Below are positions 38,661-48,789 of a DNA stretch of 64,000 nucleotides, piece by piece (position 1 is the first letter of the stretch; each line of letters starts with the position of its first letter). This DNA is from Candidatus Latescibacterota bacterium (GTDB lineage: Bacteria > Latescibacterota > UBA2968 > GCA-2709665). Position numbers and translations under genes: made by a program. The stretch covers positions 1 to 64,000 of the forward strand of contig CAXXJS010000030.1 of the NCBI GenBank assembly GCA_963662665.2. Direction: 5' to 3'. The notes under the pieces were generated by a model that did no database searches, was not told the origin of the DNA, and saw only the letters and a program-made list of their open reading frames with translations.

Positions 38661-40334
38661 TCAGGGGTTGTCCGGCTGCGTCTTTGCCCGGTCCGCGATT
38701 TCCTGCAGGATGTCGCGCAAGGCGCTGCGTTGCACCTTTCCAGTGGAAGTCATTGGCAGGCGGTCGGCGTTGAACGGTATGGTCCTGCACGGCGCCTCGT
38801 AGGGGCTCAGATCCGGTACGTTCCCCGCGCGTCCCGCATTCCGGATCCTTCCGGCGGCTTCTTCCTGCATATCGGGAGCCATACCGTTGCGGAAGACGAG
38901 CGCGGCGCAGACGTCCTGCCCCCAGCGTTCGTCTTTAAGGCCGGTGACGTAGGCCGCGGCAAGCTCGGGAAAGGCTTCTACCAGTGCGTTTTCTACGGCA
39001 ATTGGCGAGATGTTGACGCCGCCTTTTATGACGATTTCCTTTTTTCGGCTGTGAACGAAGTAGCAATCGCGGCCGCCAATGGCGCGCCGGAAACCGATAT
39101 CGCCCGTGTGGAACCAACCCTCCCTGAAGACTTCGTCGGTGGCGGCCTGCTGGTTGAGGTAGCCGCCCGACACAACCGGCCCGCGAACCAGGATTTCACC
39201 AGGTTCGCCAGGCGGTGGATTCCCCTCCAGGCGTATATTGTTGTTTTCGAGTTCCACACCCGCGGCGTTCCGCACGAGCGCCTCCCGGTAGTCGTCCTCG
39301 GGCAGGTCCGGCGGAACACCGGTGACTCGAAGGCTGACTTCGGTGGTGCCGTAACCCTGGATCAGGCGCACGCCGAATCGATCGTAGAACCTCAGGGCAG
39401 GGCCCGCGGGAACGGGCGCGCTGCCGATCATTATCTTTTTCAGCGCGGAGACGTCGTGTCCCGCCGCGTCAAACGCGTCGGCGTCTGCAAGCAGATCCCG
39501 CATGATCGTGGGAACAATGCTGCTGGAAGTGGCTCTCTCGTCTGCAATGACGGGCCAGAACCGCGAAGCGCTGTACCGGGAGTTGAGAATGAGCGTGCCG
39601 CCCGCCATGAATAGTGCGATCGAGAAGACGGATGAGTTGACGTGATGCAGCGGCAGAACCAGGCTGAGGCGTTCGTTTTCGTCGAAGTGCAGCCAGCGGC
39701 AAATGCCATCCGCGTTGCTTGCGATGCTCTGTCGCGTGAGCAGAACACCCTTGGGGGTACCGGTCGTTCCGGACGTATACAGAACGATCCCGGTGGCCTG
39801 TTCAGCGACAGGGTCCCCGCTCCACTCGGGTTCCAACGCCTTGGTCTCACTTGCCGCGCCCGCGAGAAGGCTGTCAGTATCCGCGGTTGGGATTTCGGGT
39901 GCGATCTTCCGCTCTGAGTCCAGGTGGTCCGGAAGGACGCAAAGCAACCGGACGCGGGAGTCTTCGAGTTTGTACCGTTTTCGTTCGGGACCGTCGCGCC
40001 TGAGATCCAGAGGGACGGCGGTCGCCCCAAGACGGAAGAGGGCCTGGGTGATCAGGAGTATTTCGGGACAATTGGGCATGGCCAGGGACACCCTGTCTCC
40101 CGGGCCGATGCCGTATTCACCTTGAAGTGTGCAGGCCAGCGCGGCCGTGAGCCGGTTCAGGTCGCCGTACGTGAGAACAGAACGCCTCTCCCGGTCCACG
40201 TCGCGAAAAACGATGGCCGCACGATCATCCCGAAGGGCGGCACGGTGTTGAAGAAGGTGAGTAAAGTTCTTCCACGGGAAGCGATAGACGTGAGAGCGTC
40301 CGTTCTTTGTACAGGTGAAAATCTGTGGATCCAT
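38661..40334 (-). CDS. Class I adenylate-forming enzyme (acyl-CoA synthetase-like)
   Basis: YTSGTTGTPKG, GYGTTE, WFHTGDIG, TSTGKVQR. An alternative start lies at 40361. Confidence 0.9.
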   Translation of the reverse strand: MDPQIFTCTKNGRSHVYRFPWKNFTHLLQHRAALRDDRAAIVFRDVDRERRSVLTYGDLNRLTAALACTLQGEYGIGPGDRVSLAMPNCPEILLITQALFRLGATAVPLDLRRDGPERKRYKLEDSRVRLLCVLPDHLDSERKIAPEIPTADTDSLLAGAASETKALEPEWSGDPVAEQATGIVLYTSGTTGTPKGVLLTRQSIASNADGICRWLHFDENERLSLVLPLHHVNSSVFSIALFMAGGTLILNSRYSASRFWPVIADERATSSSIVPTIMRDLLADADAFDAAGHDVSALKKIMIGSAPVPAGPALRFYDRFGVRLIQGYGTTEVSLRVTGVPPDLPEDDYREALVRNAAGVELENNNIRLEGNPPPGEPGEILVRGPVVSGGYLNQQAATDEVFREGWFHTGDIGFRRAIGGRDCYFVHSRKKEIVIKGGVNISPIAVENALVEAFPELAAAYVTGLKDERWGQDVCAALVFRNGMAPDMQEEAAGRIRNAGRAGNVPDLSPYEAPCRTIPFNADRLPMTSTGKVQRSALRDILQEIADRAKTQPDNP

Positions 40335-40391
40335 AGAGATTGAACCGCGTGCCTGCGACAACGTATGAGGCGGGGAGACTCAGAACCCGCC

Positions 40392-41471
40392 TTATCCGCA
40401 TCGGGCCTTGTGGACGAGATGATGGTCCGCCAGGACGAGCGCGATCATGGATTCAACCATCGGCACCGCGCGCGGCAGAACGCAGGGATCATGGCGGCCG
40501 CGCCCCGATAACGTGGCCGGGTTACCGTGAATATCCACGGTTTCCTGAGATCTGAGGATGGTTGCGGTGGGTTTGAAGGCGGCTCGGACAACGATGTTCT
40601 CGCCATTGGAGATGCCTCCCTGAATACCTCCGGAACGGTTGGTGCGCGTCCTTATCCTTTCCCCGTCGTTGAAGAACGGGTCGTTGTGGCTGGAACCGGT
40701 TAGCGTTGTGCCGTCAAAACCGGATCCGATTTCAAATCCCTTGCAGGCTGGCAGAGAGAGAATGGCTTTGCCCAGGTCGGCTTCAAGTTTGTCGAATACG
40801 GGTTCACCGAGACCCGGCGGCACGTTGCGGGCCACCGCCTCTACGACGCCTCCTAGCGAGTCGCCGTCTTTGCGGGCCTGTTCGATCTGCTTGATCATCC
40901 GGCCCGCAATTTCGGAGTCGGGACAACGCACGATATTGGATTCGACCTGGTCCCTTGTGACGACGTCGGGGTTTACGCCGGCCGTCAGGTCGCGTACGCG
41001 CTTGACAAAGGCCAGGATCTCAACGCCAAGCGTCTGGTGCAGGATTTTGCGTGCGATCGCTCCGGCCGCCACGCGCCCGATGGTCTCACGCGCGCTCGCC
41101 CGCCCGCCGCCTTTCCAGTCGCGGATACCGTATTTAGCCTGGTAGGTGTAGTCGGCGTGGGACGGACGGTATTTGACCCGCATTTCCTCGTAGTCTCTGG
41201 ATCGGGAGTCTCTGTTCCGGACAAGCAGCGAAATGGGCGTGCCAAGGGTCTTGCTTTCGAAGATTCCGGATAGAATTTCAACGCGGTCTTCTTCTTTTCG
41301 CTGGGTGGTGATTCTGCTCTGGCCGGGTCTGCGGCGGTCCAGTTCGTTCTGGATTTCGCGCGGCGTGATATCGAGACCGGGTGGGCAGCCGTCAATAACG
41401 ACGCCCACGCCGCCGCCGTGGGATTCGCCCCAGGTGGTGATACGGAAGAGGTGGCCAAAAGTGTTGCCCAT
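40392..41471 (-). CDS. aroC: Chorismate synthase
   Basis: [33 protein letters not shown]. Confidence 0.97.
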   Translation of the reverse strand: MGNTFGHLFRITTWGESHGGGVGVVIDGCPPGLDITPREIQNELDRRRPGQSRITTQRKEEDRVEILSGIFESKTLGTPISLLVRNRDSRSRDYEEMRVKYRPSHADYTYQAKYGIRDWKGGGRASARETIGRVAAGAIARKILHQTLGVEILAFVKRVRDLTAGVNPDVVTRDQVESNIVRCPDSEIAGRMIKQIEQARKDGDSLGGVVEAVARNVPPGLGEPVFDKLEADLGKAILSLPACKGFEIGSGFDGTTLTGSSHNDPFFNDGERIRTRTNRSGGIQGGISNGENIVVRAAFKPTATILRSQETVDIHGNPATLSGRGRHDPCVLPRAVPMVESMIALVLADHHLVHKARCG

Positions 41472-41695
41472 GCGGCGTTCGCTCCTTGGTGTATTCGGCT
41501 GGATTTCCGTTCGCGAGGGCGCGCCCGATCCCGCCGGAAACGGCATCAATTTACCGAATCCCCAAATGCGGGTCAAGCAAAAGTCTGTGCGTGGGAACGC
41601 CATTTCCGGCCCGGCCAGCAATGGCGGAAGCCCCGATCCGCGATATCTTGACAGCGTCGGTATGCGGTCCTATCTTGTCACGGATGGAGGTTCGC

Positions 41696-42478
41696 ATGGC
41701 TGAGAGTTACTCGGGTATTCTCGAAGAAATGACAATCGACCAGGTTCGTGGGCTGAAGCCGGACGTTGCCGTGATTCCGATCGGGTCAACCGAACCGCAC
41801 GGCCCGGCGCTGCCGTACGGGACCGACAGCTATCGGGCCGAGGCGATCGCCTACGGCGCCACCCGCGAGTCCAACGGGCAGGGGGGCCGCGTGGTTTGTC
41901 TGCCCACCGTACGCATCAGCCTGAACAACAATTTTCGCGCTTTTCCTTTCGCCTGCCGCATGCAGGTGTCTACGTTCATGGCGCTGCTGAAGGACCTCGT
42001 GAAAATGTGCGAGGCGGATGGCATCGAGAAGGTGGTATTCGTCAATGCACACGGGGGCAATCCCGATGTGATCCGGGCGGCGATGCGCGACCTTGCTGCC
42101 GAGGACGGCGCATTCGTCTGCCTGATCCAGGCATCTTCCTGCGCGTCGCTGGAGGCGCGGCAGGTTTGCGAAAAACCAAGCGACCACGCGGGCGAGGAGG
42201 AGACGTCACAAATGCTATACCTTCGACCGGACCTCGTCCAATCGGCAAAGATCGGCGACAATCCGCGCATGCGGCCTGCGCTGGAGGTCCTCACGGAATT
42301 TCAGGTGGATTTCGTGAGACCCTGGCATCTTTACATGCCGGCGTCCGCCGGGGGCGATGCAAGCCTGGCATCACCGGAAAAGGGAAGGGTCGTTATCAAT
42401 TCAAGCATCGAGGGTACGGGCAGGTTTCTGGCCGAACTGTCCGGGGCTGACAGGAATCGCAATTTCCCCTACCCCTAA
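41696..42478 (+). CDS. Creatininase family protein
   Basis: PIGSTEPHGPALPYGTD, NAHGGN, DHAGEEETS. Confidence 0.92.
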   Translation: MAESYSGILEEMTIDQVRGLKPDVAVIPIGSTEPHGPALPYGTDSYRAEAIAYGATRESNGQGGRVVCLPTVRISLNNNFRAFPFACRMQVSTFMALLKDLVKMCEADGIEKVVFVNAHGGNPDVIRAAMRDLAAEDGAFVCLIQASSCASLEARQVCEKPSDHAGEEETSQMLYLRPDLVQSAKIGDNPRMRPALEVLTEFQVDFVRPWHLYMPASAGGDASLASPEKGRVVINSSIEGTGRFLAELSGADRNRNFPYP

Positions 42479-42840
42479 CCTTGATCCGTAGTTCTTCGGG
42501 GAAGTAAAACCGAATATATGCACGTAGATAAAGGCGATTCAACCTTGATTCGTTATTTTTCCGGGACGTAAATTCGAATTTAGGCAAGTGGATAAGGGTG
42601 ATTTAACGGCTGATTACCAGGATACACCAGGTCACTGGACGTGAACTGAAAAAACGTCCTTTTTGACGACCGTTTCGCCCCGTTTCAGGGGCTTTCGTCG
42701 CGTCGCCGAGTTGCTGTTTTTTTTAATCGGGGCTAATGTCCTGTCCTTTAAATTTCTCACCCTTCTCCCGCCGATTCATCCTGTCGCTACGCGACTGACG
42801 GAAGATTCTGTTTTTAATGTGGTCGACGTCAGAGGAATCC

Positions 42841-43938
42841 ATGACTGATTACAAGGATTTGGGGGTAAAACCGTTTATCAACGCCAGCGGTACCATTACA
42901 ACCCTCGGCGGCAGTCTGATGACCTCCGAAGTGCTGGAGGCCATGCGTGAGGCGGCGGGGGCGTTTGTGGATCTTCCGGAACTGAACGAAAAGGTGGGCG
43001 AATACCTGGCCCGAAAAATCGGCGTAGAGGCGGCATTCGTATCCTGTGGAGCGGCCAGCGGGGTTCAGCTTTCGGCGGCGGCGTGTTTGACGGGTACGGA
43101 CACCGAACGGGTTCGGACGCTACCACGTACGGAAGGATGGCAGAACGAGTTTGTGGTCAGCCTTGTAGACTCCCATACGTACATCCACCAGGGGATCGAG
43201 ATCTGCGGGGGAAGGCTGGTTCGAGTGGGCAGCACGTCGGAGGTGACCGCCAGCGACATTCTGGGCGGGATCACGGAGCGGACGGCGGCCGTCGTCCATT
43301 TCCTGGGGACGCAGAGCAAGGCCCAGCTCAAAGAGGTGATCGAAGGGGCGGACGGCATGGGGGTCCCGGTGGTGGTCGACGCCGCGGCCCAGCTTCCGCC
43401 CAGGACAAATCTGACCGAGGTTGTGGAAATTGGCGCGAGCCTTGTGGTCTTCAGTGGCGGCAAGGGTCTGAGGGGGCCGCAGTGCACGGGACTGGTTCTG
43501 GGTAAAAGGGAGTACGTGGACGGGGTCAGGTTGAACGCCAGCCCCTTCAGCGCGGTGGGGCGCGGGATGAAGGTGGGCAAGGAAGAAATCCTCGGGCTGG
43601 TGGCTGCCGTGGATTTGTTTCTGGCGGGGAGCGACGAGGAGGACCTGGCCACCTGGAATCAGCAGGCGAAGCGGGTGGTAGAGGTTGTATCCGAAATACC
43701 GGACGCCGGGGCTTACGTGTTGGGAATGGGCCAGCAGGCGTCTCCGGATTTTGCCCCCAGGGCATACGTGGATCTTCCGGATGAGGAAACAAGAGACGTG
43801 ATTCGGGCGATGAGGGAAGGCGATCCACCGGTGGTGGTCCGTTCAAGCGGGAAGGGAATCGTCGTGGATCCGATGACGCTGGCACCCGGCGAGGAGGAGA
43901 TCGTCGGTCGTCGCTTGAAGGAGGTGTTGAGCCGATGA
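42841..43938 (+). CDS. SelA-like PLP enzyme (DgaE-like ammonia-lyase family)
   Basis: INASGTITTLGGS, VDAAAQLPP, FSGGKGLRGPQ, GRGMKVGKEE. At ~365 aa it lacks the N-terminal domain of true SelA. Confidence 0.85.
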   Translation: MTDYKDLGVKPFINASGTITTLGGSLMTSEVLEAMREAAGAFVDLPELNEKVGEYLARKIGVEAAFVSCGAASGVQLSAAACLTGTDTERVRTLPRTEGWQNEFVVSLVDSHTYIHQGIEICGGRLVRVGSTSEVTASDILGGITERTAAVVHFLGTQSKAQLKEVIEGADGMGVPVVVDAAAQLPPRTNLTEVVEIGASLVVFSGGKGLRGPQCTGLVLGKREYVDGVRLNASPFSAVGRGMKVGKEEILGLVAAVDLFLAGSDEEDLATWNQQAKRVVEVVSEIPDAGAYVLGMGQQASPDFAPRAYVDLPDEETRDVIRAMREGDPPVVVRSSGKGIVVDPMTLAPGEEEIVGRRLKEVLSR

Positions 43939-44771
43939 TCGACGCGCATCTGCACATTGGACATCAGGGCAGGAGTATCGAGAATACGATCCGGCATATC
44001 GACGGTATCGGGGCCGGGAAAGCCGTATTCCTGCCGATCGAGACAGCCGACCGGGAATACGAGTGGCTCACCGAAACGGTGGTTCGGGCTTATGAGCAGT
44101 ACCCGGACAGAGTCATTCCCTTCTGCCACGTGGACGTGACGCGGGAAGACGCGGTTGCGGAACTCGAAAAACGCGCCGCAACGGGAGTTTTCAAAGGATA
44201 TGGAGAACAGAAACAGCACGTGCCATTGAATCATCCGGGGCTGGAGCGCGTGCTTGCGTTCTGCAACGAGATGCGCTGGCCCGTTACCTGGCATTTTCAG
44301 GAGGGTAGCCGGGGATATAACCAGGGAATCGGGTACCTTGAGACGCTGGTGCGCAAGTTTCGGGAAATCCGGTTCATCGGCCACGCGCAGTCATGGTGGG
44401 CCAATATCAGCGCAGTCGTGCCGCCGCCGGAGGAAACGCTTTACCCCCGGGGGCCGGTGGTTCCGGGCGGGCTGGCGGACCGGCTGCTTTCCGACTACGA
44501 AAACGTCTATGCGGACCTGTCCGCCGGTTCGGGGTTGGGGGCGATCACACGGGACGAGGCGTTTGGCGGAGACTTCCTGATGCGTCACCGGCGAAAGCTG
44601 TTATTCGCCACCGATTGCCCGTGCGCCGACGGACGGGGAGGCGATTACCCGCCGGGGTGCTTTGCGGCGCAGAGCCTGCCGTTTCTGAAACGGTTGGTGG
44701 AAGACCCGGAAGCGCTCCAGGACATTCTGCATCGGAACTCGGCTCGCGTTATTGGACTGGAGGAAGATTAA
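43935..44771 (+). CDS. Amidohydrolase_2 family protein
   Basis: IDAHLH, GYGEQK, IGHA, LLFATD. Confidence 0.88.
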   Translation: MIDAHLHIGHQGRSIENTIRHIDGIGAGKAVFLPIETADREYEWLTETVVRAYEQYPDRVIPFCHVDVTREDAVAELEKRAATGVFKGYGEQKQHVPLNHPGLERVLAFCNEMRWPVTWHFQEGSRGYNQGIGYLETLVRKFREIRFIGHAQSWWANISAVVPPPEETLYPRGPVVPGGLADRLLSDYENVYADLSAGSGLGAITRDEAFGGDFLMRHRRKLLFATDCPCADGRGGDYPPGCFAAQSLPFLKRLVEDPEALQDILHRNSARVIGLEED

Positions 44772-44777
44772 TCGATC

Positions 44778-46229
44778 ATGTCGATCGCGATAAAAGATAC
44801 CGATCTGAACGTATTGAACATGAAAGCGCGGATGCCGTTCCGGTACGGGATCGCGTCTCTCGTTGCCGTGCCCCATCTGTTCGTCCGGGTGACCGCGGAG
44901 ATAGACGGACGCCCGGGGGTCGGGCTGGCCGCGGATGGGCTCCCGCCCAAATGGTTTACCAAGAACCCGGACGCGTCTTTCGAGGACGACCTTGAAGAGA
45001 TGCTGGCGGTCATCCGGCAGGCATGCCGTCTGGCTTTAGTGGCGGGCCCCGTCAGAACCGTCTATGAACTCTGGCGTGAAATCTACGAAGGTCAGAAGGA
45101 ATGGGCGGCATCGGGAAACTATCCGCCGTTGCTTTGGGGGTTCGGCGTGAGCCTGGTGGAACGGGCTCTGATAGACGCGTTCTGCCGGGTAACCGGATCC
45201 ACGTTCGAATATGCGTTGCGGAAGAATGCGTTCGGCATTCGGCTGGGCGACGTACATCGCGGCATGGAGGGGGTCGAACCACGGGCGCTGCTGCCCGAAC
45301 GGGCGAGCAGGTCAATTATTGCCCGCCATACGGTGGGGCTGACCGATCCCCTGACCGACGCGGACGTCCCCGGAGATGAACGCGTGGACGACGGGCTGCC
45401 GCAATCTCTCGAAGCCAGCATACGGGCGTACGGTCTGACGCACTTGAAGATCAAATTGTGCGGTGATGCCGCTCAGGACGCAGAACGGTTGAAACAAATC
45501 GCCGGGTTGATGGAACGGCATTCCGGATCCGACTATGCATTTACGCTGGATGGGAACGAGCAATACACGGAAATCGATCCATTCCGGTCGTTGTGGGAGG
45601 CGGTTGCGGCGGACCCGTCGCTCCATCGGTTCATGGATGGGCTGTTGTTTGTGGAGCAGCCGTTGCGGCGCGACGTTGCCCTGGACGATGGCGTGGGCGC
45701 CGCGCTGCGGGACTGGACGGGCAGTCCGCCGATGATCATCGATGAGTCCGACGGGACGCTGACCAGCGCGGCGGAAGCACTGGAACTGGGATATGCCGGA
45801 ACAAGCCACAAGAACTGCAAGGGAATCATCAAGGGCGTCGCGAACGCGTGTCTCATTGCGGACAGGCGGCAGAAGAACCCAGGCCGGGAGTACGTACTCA
45901 GTAGCGAGGACCTGGGGAACGTCGGCCCGGTCGCGCTGCTGCAGGACCTGGCGGTGGCGGCATGCCTGGGGGTGGGGCATACGGAGCGCAACGGTCATCA
46001 CTATTTCACGGGCCTGAGCATGTATCCTCCGGACGTACAGTTGACGGTTCTCCAGCATCATGGCACGCTTTACCGCCGTCATAAAACCGGGTTTCCAACG
46101 CTGAACTTACAGGATGGACGGCTGAACATCACCAGCGTCGTGGATGCTCCGTTCGGGTACGCCTTCGATCTGGATACCACGAGGTTTACGCCTTTGGAGG
46201 ACTGGTCGGCGGCGTCTCTTGAACTCTGA
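44778..46229 (+). CDS. Enolase-superfamily protein
   Basis: KIK, TLDGNE, VEQP, IDESD, SHKNCKG. Confidence 0.75.
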   Translation: MSIAIKDTDLNVLNMKARMPFRYGIASLVAVPHLFVRVTAEIDGRPGVGLAADGLPPKWFTKNPDASFEDDLEEMLAVIRQACRLALVAGPVRTVYELWREIYEGQKEWAASGNYPPLLWGFGVSLVERALIDAFCRVTGSTFEYALRKNAFGIRLGDVHRGMEGVEPRALLPERASRSIIARHTVGLTDPLTDADVPGDERVDDGLPQSLEASIRAYGLTHLKIKLCGDAAQDAERLKQIAGLMERHSGSDYAFTLDGNEQYTEIDPFRSLWEAVAADPSLHRFMDGLLFVEQPLRRDVALDDGVGAALRDWTGSPPMIIDESDGTLTSAAEALELGYAGTSHKNCKGIIKGVANACLIADRRQKNPGREYVLSSEDLGNVGPVALLQDLAVAACLGVGHTERNGHHYFTGLSMYPPDVQLTVLQHHGTLYRRHKTGFPTLNLQDGRLNITSVVDAPFGYAFDLDTTRFTPLEDWSAASLEL

Positions 46230-46310
46230 GTGCCCCCGTGCGGATCCTCGGCCGGATAGCGTCGCGCGCAGTTGGCCGCTCTTGAGATTGACTGACGGCG
46301 AAACCCCGTT

Positions 46311-47678
46311 TTGCGGGAGACAGGTTTGGAACAGATCGACTGGTACGCGGTCCGCGAAGAGGTGACGGGATATCTTCAGGACCTGATTCGCCTGGACACG
46401 ACCAATCCGCCCGGGAACGAGATTCTCGCGGCGGAGTACCTTGCCGGGGTGTTGCGGAGCGAGGGTTTCGATCCCCGGGTGACCGAGTCTCAGCCGGGGC
46501 GGGGTAACGTTACCGCCCGGCTGGCTGGCGGCAAAGAGCCGCTGATGATACTGGGACACACGGACGTGGTGGCGGTGGAACCCGACAGATGGCGGCATCC
46601 GCCGTTCGGCGGAGAGTTCCACGACGGGTACATCTGGGGTCGGGGCGCGCTGGATATGAAAAACATGGTGGCTGCCGAATTGATGGTCTTCCTGCTGCTG
46701 AAGCGGCGTGGCATCAATTTGAAGCGGGATGTAATTTTCGCGGCCACCGCCGATGAAGAGGCGGGCAAGGGAGACCACGGCATCGGCTGGCTGCTGGACA
46801 ACCATCCGGAGCAGGTGGAGGCGCCCTTTGTGCTGACGGAAGGCGGTGGCGCGGACTTTCGGGTGGGTAACGTCCGTTTCTATACGTGCCAGACAGGGCA
46901 GAAGGGCATCTGCAGATTTCGGATGGTGGCCCATGGGCGACCGGGACACGGATCCAGGCCGCACCGGGAAAATGCCGTGGTGACGTTGTCCGATGCGGTC
47001 GCCGCGCTGGGACGTGCCGTGTTGCCAATGCATCCCTCCGCGACCGTAAGGGCTTTCCTGGAGGGTATCGCCGAAACGCAGGATTCCAGCACCGCGGCGC
47101 ATCTGCGTCGGGTCCTGGAGCCTGCGCACAGCACCGCGGCGCTCGAGTCCCTTCCCGTGGCAACCGAGATCGCGTCGAACCTGCGTGCGTCTCTGCGAAA
47201 CACCGCTTCCGTGACTATGCTGCAGGCGGGCCGGAAGATCAATGTGATCCCGGCGGAGGCCACCTCGTGGGTGGACGGGAGGCTGGCGCCGGGACAGACC
47301 GATACAAGCTTCTTCGACGAGATCCGGTCGCTTGTTGGTGACGACGTGCGCATCGAGGTGGACCAGTACAGCCCGCCGCTGGAGGCCGGGACCGACTCGC
47401 CGCTGTACCGGACGATTGTGGACGTAATGGCCGATTATGACCCGGCGGCGCGCGTTGTGCCGTCGCTGTCCACGGGAGGGACGGACGCCAAGCACATCTG
47501 TCCGCGCCGGCCGGGAACACAGGTGTACGGTTTTATGCCCTACAGGGGAGCCCCGGGAGAAGAGGAATGGCAGTTGATTCACGGGCATAACGAACGCACC
47601 TCGGTGGAGAACCTGTTGTTCGGCACCCGGGTGCTGTACGATATCGTACAACGTTTCTGCGGAATTGCAGGCGGATAA
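46311..47678 (+). CDS. M20-family metallopeptidase
   Basis: GHTDVV, GRGALDMK, DEE, IHGHNE. Confidence 0.93.
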   Translation: MRETGLEQIDWYAVREEVTGYLQDLIRLDTTNPPGNEILAAEYLAGVLRSEGFDPRVTESQPGRGNVTARLAGGKEPLMILGHTDVVAVEPDRWRHPPFGGEFHDGYIWGRGALDMKNMVAAELMVFLLLKRRGINLKRDVIFAATADEEAGKGDHGIGWLLDNHPEQVEAPFVLTEGGGADFRVGNVRFYTCQTGQKGICRFRMVAHGRPGHGSRPHRENAVVTLSDAVAALGRAVLPMHPSATVRAFLEGIAETQDSSTAAHLRRVLEPAHSTAALESLPVATEIASNLRASLRNTASVTMLQAGRKINVIPAEATSWVDGRLAPGQTDTSFFDEIRSLVGDDVRIEVDQYSPPLEAGTDSPLYRTIVDVMADYDPAARVVPSLSTGGTDAKHICPRRPGTQVYGFMPYRGAPGEEEWQLIHGHNERTSVENLLFGTRVLYDIVQRFCGIAGG

Positions 47679-47710
47679 CGTCTCGCTGAGAACCGATCAG
47701 GGGGATTTTG

Positions 47711-48685
47711 ATGCGTGTCATGGTAACGGACTATGCGTGGGCCGACCTCAACGTTGAGCAGGACGTACTGGGAGAGCTTGGCGTGGAGCTTGTGCCCGCG
47801 CCGGACGGAAACGAATCCACACTGGCGGGGCTGGCCGTGGGCGCCAGCGGCATTATGACCTGCTGGGCCCAGACCACGAGGCGGGTCATTCAGGCCGCGC
47901 TGCCCGACCTGAAGGTAGTGACGCGTTACGGGGTGGGATTGGACAATATAGACGTTGCCTATGCTACCGCGCAGCGGATACCCGTGGCATACGTGCCGGA
48001 CTATTGTATGGTGGACGTCGCGGAGCACGCGATGGCGCTGTTGCTGGCGCTTTCTCGCAAGGTGGCAGGGTTCGACCGGACGGTTCGTGAAGACGTATGG
48101 GATATCCAGGCCTGTCTGCCGCTCAATCGCCTGACCGGGCGGACGCTGGGGCTGATCGGTTTCGGGCGCATCGCACGGGAAGTCGCGAGTCGCGCGAGGG
48201 TATTCGGGCTTCGCGTGCTGGCGACCGCCCCGTCGCGGACGCCCGGATCCGCGTTGTCCGGTGACGTTCAGGCCGTGACGCAGGATGAATTGTTGCAGAC
48301 GTCGGACTTCGTCTCGATTCATTGTCCATCCACGGAAAAGACGCGGGGACTGATTAACGGGGACGTCCTCCGAAAGATGAAGCCCACGGCCTGCCTCATC
48401 AATACGTCGCGAGGCGATATTGTGGATGAGACCGCGTTGGCCGATGCGCTGGACGCGGGCGAGATCGCAGGGGCCGCCCTGGACGTCCGCGTACAGGAAC
48501 CGCCGGGCGACGACGACCGGCTTATCGGGATGCACCAGGTAATCCATACGCCGCATGCGGCGTTCTATTCAGCGGAATCTCTGATCGAGCTGCGGGAACG
48601 CGCGGCTATGGAGACCCGCAGGGTCCTGCAGGGAGAAGATCCGGAAAACCTGGTGAATCCGGAATACAGGCAAAGCGGCACGTGA
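47711..48685 (+). CDS. D-2-hydroxyacid dehydrogenase (CtBP/SerA-like)
   Basis: RYGVGLDNID, GLIGFGRI, INTSRG, TPHAAFYS. Confidence 0.92.
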   Translation: MRVMVTDYAWADLNVEQDVLGELGVELVPAPDGNESTLAGLAVGASGIMTCWAQTTRRVIQAALPDLKVVTRYGVGLDNIDVAYATAQRIPVAYVPDYCMVDVAEHAMALLLALSRKVAGFDRTVREDVWDIQACLPLNRLTGRTLGLIGFGRIAREVASRARVFGLRVLATAPSRTPGSALSGDVQAVTQDELLQTSDFVSIHCPSTEKTRGLINGDVLRKMKPTACLINTSRGDIVDETALADALDAGEIAGAALDVRVQEPPGDDDRLIGMHQVIHTPHAAFYSAESLIELRERAAMETRRVLQGEDPENLVNPEYRQSGT

Positions 48686-48789
48686 CGTCAATGCGTACGG
48701 CGTGCCGGTCTTCGCGGGGTCCTGGAAGGACGCGTCGCGGGGGTGGCCGCGCCGACGGTGTCTTCCCCGATTCTTGCAATGGTATCGTG

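Noticed and set aside
42841-43938. True selenocysteine synthase selA
   Set aside because: Too short, has DgaE-like motifs, sits in a catabolic context, and no selB is adjacent.
46107-47651. Long antisense ORFs (also 20314..21486, 47579..48556, 54318..55559)
   Set aside because: Expected shadows of GC-rich genes, with no recognisable motifs.
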